Positions 19,907 to 28,911 of a stretch of 64,000 bases of DNA are shown here, piece by piece; position 1 is the stretch's first letter; every line of letters begins with the position of its first letter. The notes under the pieces are model-generated. The model was not told the origin of the DNA. It saw only the letters and a list, made by a program, of their open reading frames with translations, and did not search any database. This DNA comes from Legionellales bacterium (GTDB lineage: Bacteria > Pseudomonadota > Gammaproteobacteria > Comchoanobacterales > Comchoanobacteraceae), in the NCBI GenBank assembly GCA_002690495.1, contig NZEV01000035.1, forward strand, positions 10,310-74,309, read 5' to 3'. The translations under genes and the position numbers were made by a program.

Positions 19907-21346
19907 CTAACTCTTTTTAATCACTGGCATATCTTTTTGGCTTTCAATCTCAATACACTCTTGCACAATTTGATCTAATCGATTAGAAAAAAATCCACCT
20001 GAAGACGTTTTATTTAATTCTGTCAATTTTTCTACTTTGTTGTCATCATGACTGTCAATAATCTTGATTAATTCATTTATTTTATCCTGCTTTAATTCAA
20101 AGTTGCGCCACCCTTTCCAATTATCTTTTATAAGATTAGTAATCTTTTCACGCCATGGCTCTTGAGGATTGTCTTTTCTTAATCTACTGGACACATAGAG
20201 ACTTAAAATTTCTTTTTGCCTGCCTTGAGGACTCATTGAAGCGATGTCGATCGCATCATTAATGCTTTTTGCTAATGCTTCACTAGACATATCCGATTCA
20301 TGTGCGTAGGTAAACAACCATTTCTGAAATGCAGAAATCCACGTAGGGTTCTCGAAATCTGATTGTAATAGCTGTTTATTTGCGACTAGATTATCAATCT
20401 CTACCAATACACGCGCAATTTTATATGCATCTGTCCGATTAAAGAGATTAATATAATCCTCATTTGTATTGTAATCTTTACGCAGTAGACTCCCTCCTCC
20501 CCGTGAAATTGATGAGCGCTCAAAAGTCTCTTCTAAATCGAGAATATAAGTTTCTCCATTTTTGTCGACCATCACGTTAGACATATTTGCATCCATTAAA
20601 ACCCGCCCTGTTTTTGCATACAACTTAAAACATGCTGAGACCATCATATTGATAATCTCATTCTCTTCACGAACCCCGATAAGATCACTCACCTCCTGAC
20701 ACTGGACAAAAGGTAGTTTGAGATATTGACAACCACCTTGGACTTCGGCCTTTCCAAGCGCTCCGTTGATGCTATTCCATAATCTAGCTGATCTTTCTAA
20801 TCCCGAGCTGATCTTATCCTTAGAAAGTGCCTTCGGAATTCTTATCACATGTTGATCACCCTGAACCCAAGCAAATACACAATTATTTGTTCCTTGACCA
20901 AGATAATCATATTGACTAGCATCTAAATCCAATACCTCTGTTCCGTTTTCATTCAGCTTTTTGATCCTTCCGCTCTGCCTAAAAATTAAAGACGTCGAAT
21001 CTAAAGCAAATACTTCATCAAATGAACCCGATTCAAGGATGCTAAAAATTTTTGGATTCGTTACTTTGAAGACTAAATCTTTAAAAGTTGAAATCATATC
21101 CACATTATGAGATACAATCATTTTTTCCTTATCAAATTTTAGCACTTTCGCGCCTCGTTTAAACTTTTGATTGTTAAATACGACTCTACCCTGATTGACT
21201 GAAATCTTAATCCCATTGAGCTCCAATGGATTAGTAAAGGATGTAGGGCATGTAAGTGGACCAAATACACTCTGATGAATCGAAAGTAAAGGTTTGTTTG
21301 CTGTTTCTATTGTATAAAAAGGTGATTTGAATTGAATTGTATACAT
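19907..21346 (-). CDS. orphan protein with protein-kinase-like fold motifs; candidate effector kinase
   Basis: Motifs occur in kinase order: glycine loop LGQGTNNCVF (aa 149-158), VIRIPK (Lys172), ERSARLWN, catalytic-loop DANMSN (D252..N257, DxxxxN), and metal-binding YILDLEE (D270). The ~140-aa N-terminal and ~190-aa C-terminal regions have no recognisable domain. Confidence 0.45.
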   Translation of the reverse strand: MYTIQFKSPFYTIETANKPLLSIHQSVFGPLTCPTSFTNPLELNGIKISVNQGRVVFNNQKFKRGAKVLKFDKEKMIVSHNVDMISTFKDLVFKVTNPKIFSILESGSFDEVFALDSTSLIFRQSGRIKKLNENGTEVLDLDASQYDYLGQGTNNCVFAWVQGDQHVIRIPKALSKDKISSGLERSARLWNSINGALGKAEVQGGCQYLKLPFVQCQEVSDLIGVREENEIINMMVSACFKLYAKTGRVLMDANMSNVMVDKNGETYILDLEETFERSSISRGGGSLLRKDYNTNEDYINLFNRTDAYKIARVLVEIDNLVANKQLLQSDFENPTWISAFQKWLFTYAHESDMSSEALAKSINDAIDIASMSPQGRQKEILSLYVSSRLRKDNPQEPWREKITNLIKDNWKGWRNFELKQDKINELIKIIDSHDDNKVEKLTELNKTSSGGFFSNRLDQIVQECIEIESQKDMPVIKKS

Positions 21347-21394
21347 TGTTTATTATTACCTCATGATGGTTTTAGATTAATATAGAGAATCACA

Positions 21395-22339
21395 TTATTG
21401 TCGTAAATTGCTTCTCCTCTCTTCTCTAGACATGGATGAAAGTGTATCTGCAAGACCGTTGATATTATCTTTAATTTTAACTAACCTTGATGGTTTTAAT
21501 TGAGATAATCCGAAAATTGACTTTGGAATAGCTTCCAATGCTTGATTCATTGCTGTTTTTTCATATGTTGGACTGTTGACAATAGTCCACATTGATTGCA
21601 TCACTTTAAATTTTTTTTCCTTTACTCCCTTAGGGCATGACCCTTTCATAATACATTCCACATCTAACACTGTACACTGCACTTTTTTTGATTGCAGATA
21701 CTCTGTGAATTCATTTGTTAACAATGTTTTTAACTGATCTTGAGGTGAATCGGATTTGAAAGAATAAACCTCATTACCACTCACTGAAGTTGTGCCTATT
21801 TTTGTTAATTCGCGTAGAGCGGCTACTTTTTGGTTTCTCATACATGCCCTGATAAAACCGAGTGTTGGCATCTTCCCTGTCTTCGCTGATAATTCATACA
21901 TAAACCTTGTGATGACTTGGAATCGCTTAGTATTCTGTTGATTTTGTGGAAATAGAGCGATCCATGGCTGATATACTGTTATAGTGTTGGCTAGGTTTTT
22001 ATTTGGGCAATTTTTCCAATTAAGATCACACTTTACCTCTTGTAAAAATCTTGCCCGATTTTCTGGATTAGCTTCAGATATCTGCTTACCTAAACTGAGC
22101 AACTTCCCTAATACATATTCTACATCCTCAGCTTTCATCTTGTCTTCGGATACCTCCCTATAAGCCAACTTAATCGCTTTCTTATACGCATCGGGTCTCT
22201 TTATACACTGCTCGTCAACAAACTGATTCACTACTGTCTGTTGGTCCTTATCATTGTAGAAGTCTAAATAATGTTTGGGGCTAATGACTTCTCCATTTGA
22301 TTGGAGATCACCTAAATACTTTTCAAAACTTTGTGCCAT
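21395..22339 (-). CDS. orphan protein (314 aa), function unknown; upstream partner of the kinase-like ORF
   Basis: Long ORF on the same strand, ending 48 nt upstream of the kinase-like ORF. No recognisable motif. Confidence 0.5.
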   Translation of the reverse strand: MAQSFEKYLGDLQSNGEVISPKHYLDFYNDKDQQTVVNQFVDEQCIKRPDAYKKAIKLAYREVSEDKMKAEDVEYVLGKLLSLGKQISEANPENRARFLQEVKCDLNWKNCPNKNLANTITVYQPWIALFPQNQQNTKRFQVITRFMYELSAKTGKMPTLGFIRACMRNQKVAALRELTKIGTTSVSGNEVYSFKSDSPQDQLKTLLTNEFTEYLQSKKVQCTVLDVECIMKGSCPKGVKEKKFKVMQSMWTIVNSPTYEKTAMNQALEAIPKSIFGLSQLKPSRLVKIKDNINGLADTLSSMSREERRSNLRQ

Positions 22340-22538
22340 ATTTTTTCTATTTATTGTCGCTTTAATTACTGAAGATCATCTTCAAGTAACTCTAATATCA
22401 TTATAGCTCATCTCACTATGACTGGTGTACTTTAGAGCCTTCGAATATTTCTTGACTATTTACATCTATGGTCCTTTTAATTAAGGACATCACCATATTT
22501 CATAGCATGAATAAAGAATTAGTTATAGGAGGAGAATT

Positions 22539-22574
22539 TTGTTAATATCTATAGGTAATGGACTGTTGATATGA
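22539..22574 (+). promoter_or_regulatory. candidate 11-codon leader ORF (TTG start) behind a strong Shine-Dalgarno, stop overlapping the start of the downstream gene
   Basis: AGGAGGAG (22527-22534) is followed 4 nt later by TTG. The frame reads LLISIGNGLLI, then TGA at 22572-22574 overlaps ATG 22571-22573 (ATGA). The main ORF has no SD of its own and cannot be extended upstream, because of an in-frame TAA at 22556-22558. Confidence 0.25.
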
Positions 22575-23890
22575 AACTTAAAATGACTGTTTTTCTTCAA
22601 TCCCTCATTGTAATCGTGTTTGGCTTGGTCTCAGCTTTTTGTCAGATTAGTTATACTCATATCCTGACACGATTTCTCTCTTTGGATCTCTATGGTGATT
22701 TTACTGTGGCATGGAACAGTATACTATTGATTTCCTCCGTCGTTGTGTTTGGATCAGACCTTACGACTCAACGCTTTTTATCTTTTTATCAAATACATCA
22801 TAATCATCAAAAAAAACACGATCTGATCTATTGGGTATTAACCACTCTACTTCAATCAAGTATGATACTTGCCTGCACTTACATGCTCTTTTGGCTCATC
22901 GCCTCTATTTTCCATATCTCATTAATATACCAATTTGATAGCTGGCACCTTGCAATGTTTACGGTCATTTTAGCACCTTTTTATGCCGTTTTTTTGATTG
23001 CCAATAGTCTGATTATGGGATATGGATATATACTTTTGGCTACATTTTTAAAAACAGTATTTCTAAACGGCATACAACTGATTGTGATTTACAGCTTTTT
23101 CAATCTGGTAGATCTCCATGGTGTCACAGGGTTGTCCTCTTTGATCATGTGTATCCTTGTCACAATCATGCTCATCAATACTCTAATTACCTTGCTCATT
23201 CCTAATAATGAAATTTTCCGATCGCTCTTTACTCAACAAGCTCACGATCACCAAGACAAACAATGGCCTTCCCTATCGCGAGGATTTTTTATCAACACCG
23301 TCAATTATATGCTTGTTACAACGATGGATCTTTACATTATAGAAGTATTTTGCCCAAAAGAAGGATTAGTAGGACTGTATTCTATTTGTCTCAGCATGAT
23401 CTCCATTTTATTCATTCTCAATGCTTCTCTTAGCAACCAATTAAGAAACGATATCATGAATATTAAAGACATGAACCAAAAACAATTAAAGCAACTGCAA
23501 AAATCATTAGACATATATAATCTCATGAAACTCATCTTATTAATCCTTGCTGTAGGGATTTCATGGTCTTTCAGAGCAGCTATATTTTCATTTTTTCATG
23601 TTCAAACCACCTACGCATATCTATTATTGCCGCTGATGTTCTTCAGCTGCTATCTACAAGATGATGCTTATCCATTTGCTTATCTAATGGCCAACGGACA
23701 ATCTTATTTTGTCGAAAAAACCAGATTCATTGCAACGATAATCATGAGTCTTACTGGCACTATACTTGTTTTTCCATTGAATATTTATGGTGTTGCTCTG
23801 GCAACTATGATTGCCCGAATATTCACACGGGTCAAATTCATTAGACGTTACCAATCAATGTGTAAAATACGCTTTTATAGCGTTATATAA
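22571..23890 (+). CDS. polytopic membrane protein, Wzx/MOP-superfamily (polysaccharide-biosynthesis/flippase-like)
   Basis: 439 aa with about 12-14 TM segments. The N-terminal pattern ILTRFLSLDLYGDFTVAWNSILLIS...FGSDL..QRF resembles oligosaccharide flippases. It is a clear paralogue of 62045-63364. Confidence 0.55.
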   Translation: MKLKMTVFLQSLIVIVFGLVSAFCQISYTHILTRFLSLDLYGDFTVAWNSILLISSVVVFGSDLTTQRFLSFYQIHHNHQKKHDLIYWVLTTLLQSSMILACTYMLFWLIASIFHISLIYQFDSWHLAMFTVILAPFYAVFLIANSLIMGYGYILLATFLKTVFLNGIQLIVIYSFFNLVDLHGVTGLSSLIMCILVTIMLINTLITLLIPNNEIFRSLFTQQAHDHQDKQWPSLSRGFFINTVNYMLVTTMDLYIIEVFCPKEGLVGLYSICLSMISILFILNASLSNQLRNDIMNIKDMNQKQLKQLQKSLDIYNLMKLILLILAVGISWSFRAAIFSFFHVQTTYAYLLLPLMFFSCYLQDDAYPFAYLMANGQSYFVEKTRFIATIIMSLTGTILVFPLNIYGVALATMIARIFTRVKFIRRYQSMCKIRFYSVI

Positions 23891-23934
23891 ACTCTTTTAT
23901 TATCTAAAGCTATTGTGATATATTATAAAAAAAT

Positions 23935-24495
23935 ATGAATGAAACACATCCAAACACCTCACATTTTCCTTGGGAAATCACCACAATACATTTTTTTCAT
24001 AAAGGAAAAGCACATCATGCTTTAATTGATCTACAGACCTATTACAGCTATACCTATTTAGACGATCAAATGCGACAACATAAATTCATTTGGCTAATAT
24101 TCACATTACCTCTTCTAGAATTAATACTCATCGTGCCATCTGTGATGACCCTCTTGAAAAAACGACATCAAGTCCATTTAACTTTTCATACTATGATATA
24201 TCCAATCATGATATTTGGGATGTGGTTTTCTGCATTCTATGGCCTCTTTGATCCTCAACGTGCTATGATTTTATTCAGTCGGTTTGAAGCATCAGCACGC
24301 AATGTCCCTCAAAAGCTAGAAGATAGACCTCATCCACATGAACACTTTTTTGGTCGAATTTTAATGAATGAGCCTTTAAAACCATTTTATTTTATTGCCC
24401 CATGTTTACAGCCAAGAAAAGTCATTAATCAAGACTGGTTGTATCATTATTCATCTGGGAATCCAACTAACTGCCCAATTTTTAAACACAAATGA
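23935..24495 (+). CDS. orphan small membrane protein (186 aa)
   Basis: Two hydrophobic helices (FIWLIFTLPLLELILIVPSVM; IYPIMIFGMWFSAFYGLF). No recognisable motif. Confidence 0.45.
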   Translation: MNETHPNTSHFPWEITTIHFFHKGKAHHALIDLQTYYSYTYLDDQMRQHKFIWLIFTLPLLELILIVPSVMTLLKKRHQVHLTFHTMIYPIMIFGMWFSAFYGLFDPQRAMILFSRFEASARNVPQKLEDRPHPHEHFFGRILMNEPLKPFYFIAPCLQPRKVINQDWLYHYSSGNPTNCPIFKHK

Positions 24496-24502
24496 TCACA
24501 CT

Positions 24503-26995
24503 CTATATCAGAGCATTCATGAGCCGATTCGGCACGTAGATCATCTTTTTAATCTGTGATCCATCTAAACGTTGCTGAATCTTCTCATCGGCCATAAAAA
24601 GAACCTCTACCTCTGCCTGAGAAAGATGACTGTCTATCTCAATGGTTTTTACTTTTTTGCCATTGATACATAAATTAATACTGACTTGGTGTTCTTTAAG
24701 ATATTGCTCATCTGCTTTAGGCCATTGAGATAATGCAATACTGTCTGGATGACCTAATGCACTCCAAATCTCTTCCGCCAAATGAGGTGCAAAAGGAGAT
24801 AGCACCTGGATAAACATAGACCATTCCTTATAAGGCAAGGTAGGCTCTACTTTACATAAATTTAGAAATTGCATCATTTGTGCAACTGCAGTATTAAACT
24901 TTAACGCCTCAATATCCTGAGTGACTTTTTGAATCGTCTGATGTAATCCCTTCAACCACGCATCTGATACGGGCGCATCTTTTTGAATACGATCAGCTAA
25001 TTGGTTGGAAGTTTCATCAATTGATAAACGCCAAACCCGTTGTAAAAAATGATATACACCACGTACACCATTCATTTGCCATGGTTTTGTCATATCTAAT
25101 GGCCCCATGAACATTTCGTAAAGACGAAGGGCATCCGCACCATATTCATCAACAACTGAATCAGGGTTCACCACATTTAATTTAGATTTTGACATCTTCT
25201 CAATCATTGTGTTGACTGGCCGATGATCTAGGCGCGTAAAAAACTGCCCTTGTTCCTCTACCACATCAGATTCATGATAATATTTACCCGCTTGATCTCG
25301 GTAACTTTGCGCTAAAATCATGCCTTGATTAAATAACTTTTTAAATGGCTCATCATGAGAAACTAATCCACAGTCAAAAAGAACTTTGTGCCAAAAACGG
25401 GCATACAATAAATGTGATACCGCATGCTCTAACCCCCCAATATACAAATCCACCTGTCCCCAGTATGCCTGTGCTTCAAATGAAAATGGCGCTTGGGTGT
25501 TTTTAGGATCCATATACCGTAGGTAATACCAACAAGAGCCAGCCCATTGGGGCATCGTATTAGTTTCTCGATGCATGGTCTGACCTGCTTCAGAAAATGT
25601 CACCCAATCACTCACATTTGCAAGCGGGGGTTCTCCAGATGCTGTTGGTTTAAACATCGCGACTTTAGGTAAATGTACTGGTAGAGAATCTGCTTTGACT
25701 GTATGCATGACACCTTGTTCATCATAATAAATAGGGAACGGCTCACCCCAATATCGCTGCCTTGAAAACAACCAATCTCGTAACTTATAAGTGGTGACCT
25801 GACGAGCCACTCCCTGTTGAAGCAAACTATTCTTAATTCGTTCTTTCGCAATGGATACATCCAAACCATCATATACACCAGAGTGAATCATTTGGTCCTG
25901 ATCGTTGATCACAATCTGTATTGGAAGATCAAATTTTTCAGCAAAATCACGATCACGCTCATCATGTCCAGGAACAGACATCACTGCACCCGTACCATAA
26001 TCTAGCTTAACATAATCTGCAACATAGACTGGTAAAGGCTGATCCAACAGCGGATGGTTCACTTGAAGACCGGTGTATACCCCTGTTTTCTCCTTGCCTG
26101 CTAGTGTCTCACGAGCTCTATCAGATAACTGACTCACCTGCTGACAATAGGCCTCTACCGTTTTTTTCACCTCACCTGTACAGTAAGATAAACATGGATG
26201 ATTTGGAGCAACTACTATAAAAGTTGCACCCATTAATGTCTCAGGTCGAGTAGTAAATACGGTCAAGCTGAATTGGTGTTCAAGTACTTGAAAGTCAATT
26301 TCAAGGCCCTGCGATTGCCCAATCCAATGTCGTTGCATTTCTTTCACATTCTCTGGCCAATCTAAGTCGTCTAACCCACTTAATAGACGTTCAGCATATT
26401 CAGTGATTTTCAACATCCATTGTCGCATCACCTTTTGCTCAACTGGATCCCCTGTCTCAACATAACGCCCATCCTGGACCTCCTCATTAGCGAGCACAGT
26501 TTGTTGTGCAGGACACCAATTGACAGGGACATCAGCTAAATAGGCGAGTCCTCGTTCAAATAGTTTTAAAAAGATCCACTGTGTCCAACGATAATAATCT
26601 GGATCACTCGTTGAGATTTCTCGATCCCAATCATATGCTAACCCTAGACGTTGAATCTGACGCTTAAAATTAGCAGTATTCTCTTTAGTTAATGATGCCG
26701 GGTGTTGATTTGTTCTCATTGCTGCACGCTCTGCAGGCAACCCAAAAGAGTCCCATCCCATTGGGTGTAATACATTGAACCCGTTCATTGTTTTATAACG
26801 AGCAATAATATCCGTTGCCGTATATCCCTCAGGATGACCCACATGTAAACCAGCTCCAGAAGGATAAGGAAACATGCCCAACACATAATATTTTGGGAGG
26901 CTAGTATCTAACTCTCGTTTAAAGGTGTGGTGCTGAGCCCAGTAAGCTTGCCATTTTTGTTCAATTACATCTGGCTGGTATTCATATAATTTCAT
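24503..26995 (-). CDS. leuS: leucine--tRNA ligase
   Basis: 830 aa. PYPSGAGLHVGHPEGY (HIGH region), KMSKSKLNVV (KMSKS), and an intact CP1 editing region. Confidence 0.97.
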   Translation of the reverse strand: MKLYEYQPDVIEQKWQAYWAQHHTFKRELDTSLPKYYVLGMFPYPSGAGLHVGHPEGYTATDIIARYKTMNGFNVLHPMGWDSFGLPAERAAMRTNQHPASLTKENTANFKRQIQRLGLAYDWDREISTSDPDYYRWTQWIFLKLFERGLAYLADVPVNWCPAQQTVLANEEVQDGRYVETGDPVEQKVMRQWMLKITEYAERLLSGLDDLDWPENVKEMQRHWIGQSQGLEIDFQVLEHQFSLTVFTTRPETLMGATFIVVAPNHPCLSYCTGEVKKTVEAYCQQVSQLSDRARETLAGKEKTGVYTGLQVNHPLLDQPLPVYVADYVKLDYGTGAVMSVPGHDERDRDFAEKFDLPIQIVINDQDQMIHSGVYDGLDVSIAKERIKNSLLQQGVARQVTTYKLRDWLFSRQRYWGEPFPIYYDEQGVMHTVKADSLPVHLPKVAMFKPTASGEPPLANVSDWVTFSEAGQTMHRETNTMPQWAGSCWYYLRYMDPKNTQAPFSFEAQAYWGQVDLYIGGLEHAVSHLLYARFWHKVLFDCGLVSHDEPFKKLFNQGMILAQSYRDQAGKYYHESDVVEEQGQFFTRLDHRPVNTMIEKMSKSKLNVVNPDSVVDEYGADALRLYEMFMGPLDMTKPWQMNGVRGVYHFLQRVWRLSIDETSNQLADRIQKDAPVSDAWLKGLHQTIQKVTQDIEALKFNTAVAQMMQFLNLCKVEPTLPYKEWSMFIQVLSPFAPHLAEEIWSALGHPDSIALSQWPKADEQYLKEHQVSINLCINGKKVKTIEIDSHLSQAEVEVLFMADEKIQQRLDGSQIKKMIYVPNRLMNALI

Positions 26996-27073
26996 CTGTG
27001 TTCACAACATGTCATGACTATGATATTCACATAAAAGAACATCAAAAATCAATACATCTTACAATACAGCAAC

Positions 27074-28753
27074 TTACTTATTTTTTTTCGTATTTGGCAA
27101 ATTGGAGTCATTTTCATTATCATTATCATAGCTTCTTTTGCTACTAACTTTTTGTGGTGAAACAAAGACAGAGATTTTTCCTGTAATTGATGCAGGATCT
27201 TTTAATCTTGTCTCTATTTTAGTGTACCAATCGAATTCCCCGATAATGACCGCAGTGTCTTGTTGATCTGGGTGATATGAATGTGAATGACCAGGCTTTA
27301 TCTGAGCATTTGCAGATTCAATGCACACAACATGCTCCCCGACAAAGAGTGCCGGATTATGTCCATGCAAATTTTTAAATGAACCAGGGAAAGGACGCTG
27401 TTGATCATTTCGATTACCAACAAATAATGACAGTATATTATGATTTGCTGTGTCTAGACTGAGTAAGTAAAGTAATCTTTGTGGATCTGAGATCACACAA
27501 TTAATCTTTTCTACATTAGTCTGAACAGAATCTTTAAGATTCAGTTCCGGTGTATCTTTAAAGAGTAAGTATTTCTCAGGTTTTCCTTTCATATAAGTTA
27601 AGTACTGATTATAACGCTGACAAAATTTTTCAAAACTAATACCCGTTTGATCAAAATAATCCTTGTTGATTGGAATATCTGACTCTGACATGACCATTGG
27701 TGCATGTGATATGAGCATCGGTTGGTGATCAACCATCACCACTTCAGCTAATGAAACTCGCTTTAAATAGGTCTTTACACATTGTGTAATAGTTTGATGA
27801 TACGTCTCAAAATCTTCAGGTGAATATGCTAGGAGTATTTCCATTTTCAAACACAATTCATGAAAAGATTTACTCGTCTGAAAATAGGGTAACGTTTGAA
27901 CACCGAGGTCCTCTCGATCAGTATCCCAATAGACCCCTGGTTGAATGTCACTTTTAGATTGGATTTTGAAAAAACACTCAATAAATGCAAGCGTATGGTT
28001 CGAAAGAATACTTTTAAATTGAGGATCGATTTCTATTAATCGGTTAAGGAAAATAAGTACCATTAAATCATCACCCATTCGATCATGTAATTCATCACCA
28101 ATGGATAAGACATGCTGAGTGGGGCACTCTGTTTTCAATTCAATATTGGAAATGATTCGATACATCTGCCCAACATTCTCAATAATCTGATCTGCATCAC
28201 TTTCACTGAAATGACCTATAATATCCTCAATTTTTTTCAATTGATACTCTTCATTTGAGGCACCCGCAGGTCGCTCGTAAAAATCATTAAGATCCTGATT
28301 GGTATCAAGCTGATAAACACCATTTCGTTGCTGTATATCAAGCAACATTAAAAACTGAAAGTGTTCAGATGAACAAGTCCGTTCATAGATAGCCTTAAAT
28401 TGATCATTTTCCTCATCAAATAACCGCTCTAGTTCAGTTCGATCTATTGTTCCTAGAAGCAAGGCTTCATCAATCATTTGAGACCTTATCTCACTTTTTC
28501 TTGCTGAATCATTGCTTTTATCATTATATTCACTATACATTGATGCGACAGTAGCACGACCAAATTCTAAATCTTCTTTAATCTGAATCACATTGTATCG
28601 TAACAATTGATGAATTGCATGGCACACATTTGCATTCATGTCAGCTAATATAATTGTACTGTTTGGTAACATGGTTTGTTGACTACGATCTGCTTGGATT
28701 GGATAATTCATCCATGATCCAGGGTCCTGAATTTTTCTAAACACGTTTGGCAT
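27074..28753 (-). CDS. orphan protein with calcineurin-like metallophosphoesterase (PPP/ApaH/lambda-phosphatase-type) motifs; candidate effector phosphatase (paralogue 1)
   Basis: Ordered motifs: ILADMNAN (aa 35-42, where D-x-H is expected), IGDELHDRMGDD (aa 218-229, GDxxDRG-like), LSNHT (aa 250-254, GNHE-like), LISHAP (His350), NLHGHN (aa 461-466, GH motif). About 175 aa are inserted between motifs I and II. Paralogue of 28912-30372. Confidence 0.45.
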   Translation of the reverse strand: MPNVFRKIQDPGSWMNYPIQADRSQQTMLPNSTIILADMNANVCHAIHQLLRYNVIQIKEDLEFGRATVASMYSEYNDKSNDSARKSEIRSQMIDEALLLGTIDRTELERLFDEENDQFKAIYERTCSSEHFQFLMLLDIQQRNGVYQLDTNQDLNDFYERPAGASNEEYQLKKIEDIIGHFSESDADQIIENVGQMYRIISNIELKTECPTQHVLSIGDELHDRMGDDLMVLIFLNRLIEIDPQFKSILSNHTLAFIECFFKIQSKSDIQPGVYWDTDREDLGVQTLPYFQTSKSFHELCLKMEILLAYSPEDFETYHQTITQCVKTYLKRVSLAEVVMVDHQPMLISHAPMVMSESDIPINKDYFDQTGISFEKFCQRYNQYLTYMKGKPEKYLLFKDTPELNLKDSVQTNVEKINCVISDPQRLLYLLSLDTANHNILSLFVGNRNDQQRPFPGSFKNLHGHNPALFVGEHVVCIESANAQIKPGHSHSYHPDQQDTAVIIGEFDWYTKIETRLKDPASITGKISVFVSPQKVSSKRSYDNDNENDSNLPNTKKNK

Positions 28754-28911
28754 GATGATACACTCTTTTTTTTGTTATATTGTAATTATAGTCAAGTTTA
28801 CGTAAATAATTACCTATATAATCAATATATTTCATTTATTCATCGTAGTTAATTTTAGAAGTAGAGTATAATTTATTTGATATATGATATCTATGAGATC
28901 AATAATTAATA

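Noticed and set aside
18083-24495. Membrane ORFs (349 aa at 18083, 186 aa at 23935, the TerC protein, the Wzx-like protein) considered as the missing opsin partner of blh
   Set aside because: None has a ~250-aa seven-helix layout with a conserved Lys in the last helix. TerC and the Wzx-like protein have their own family motifs, and the other two have only 2-3 hydrophobic helices.
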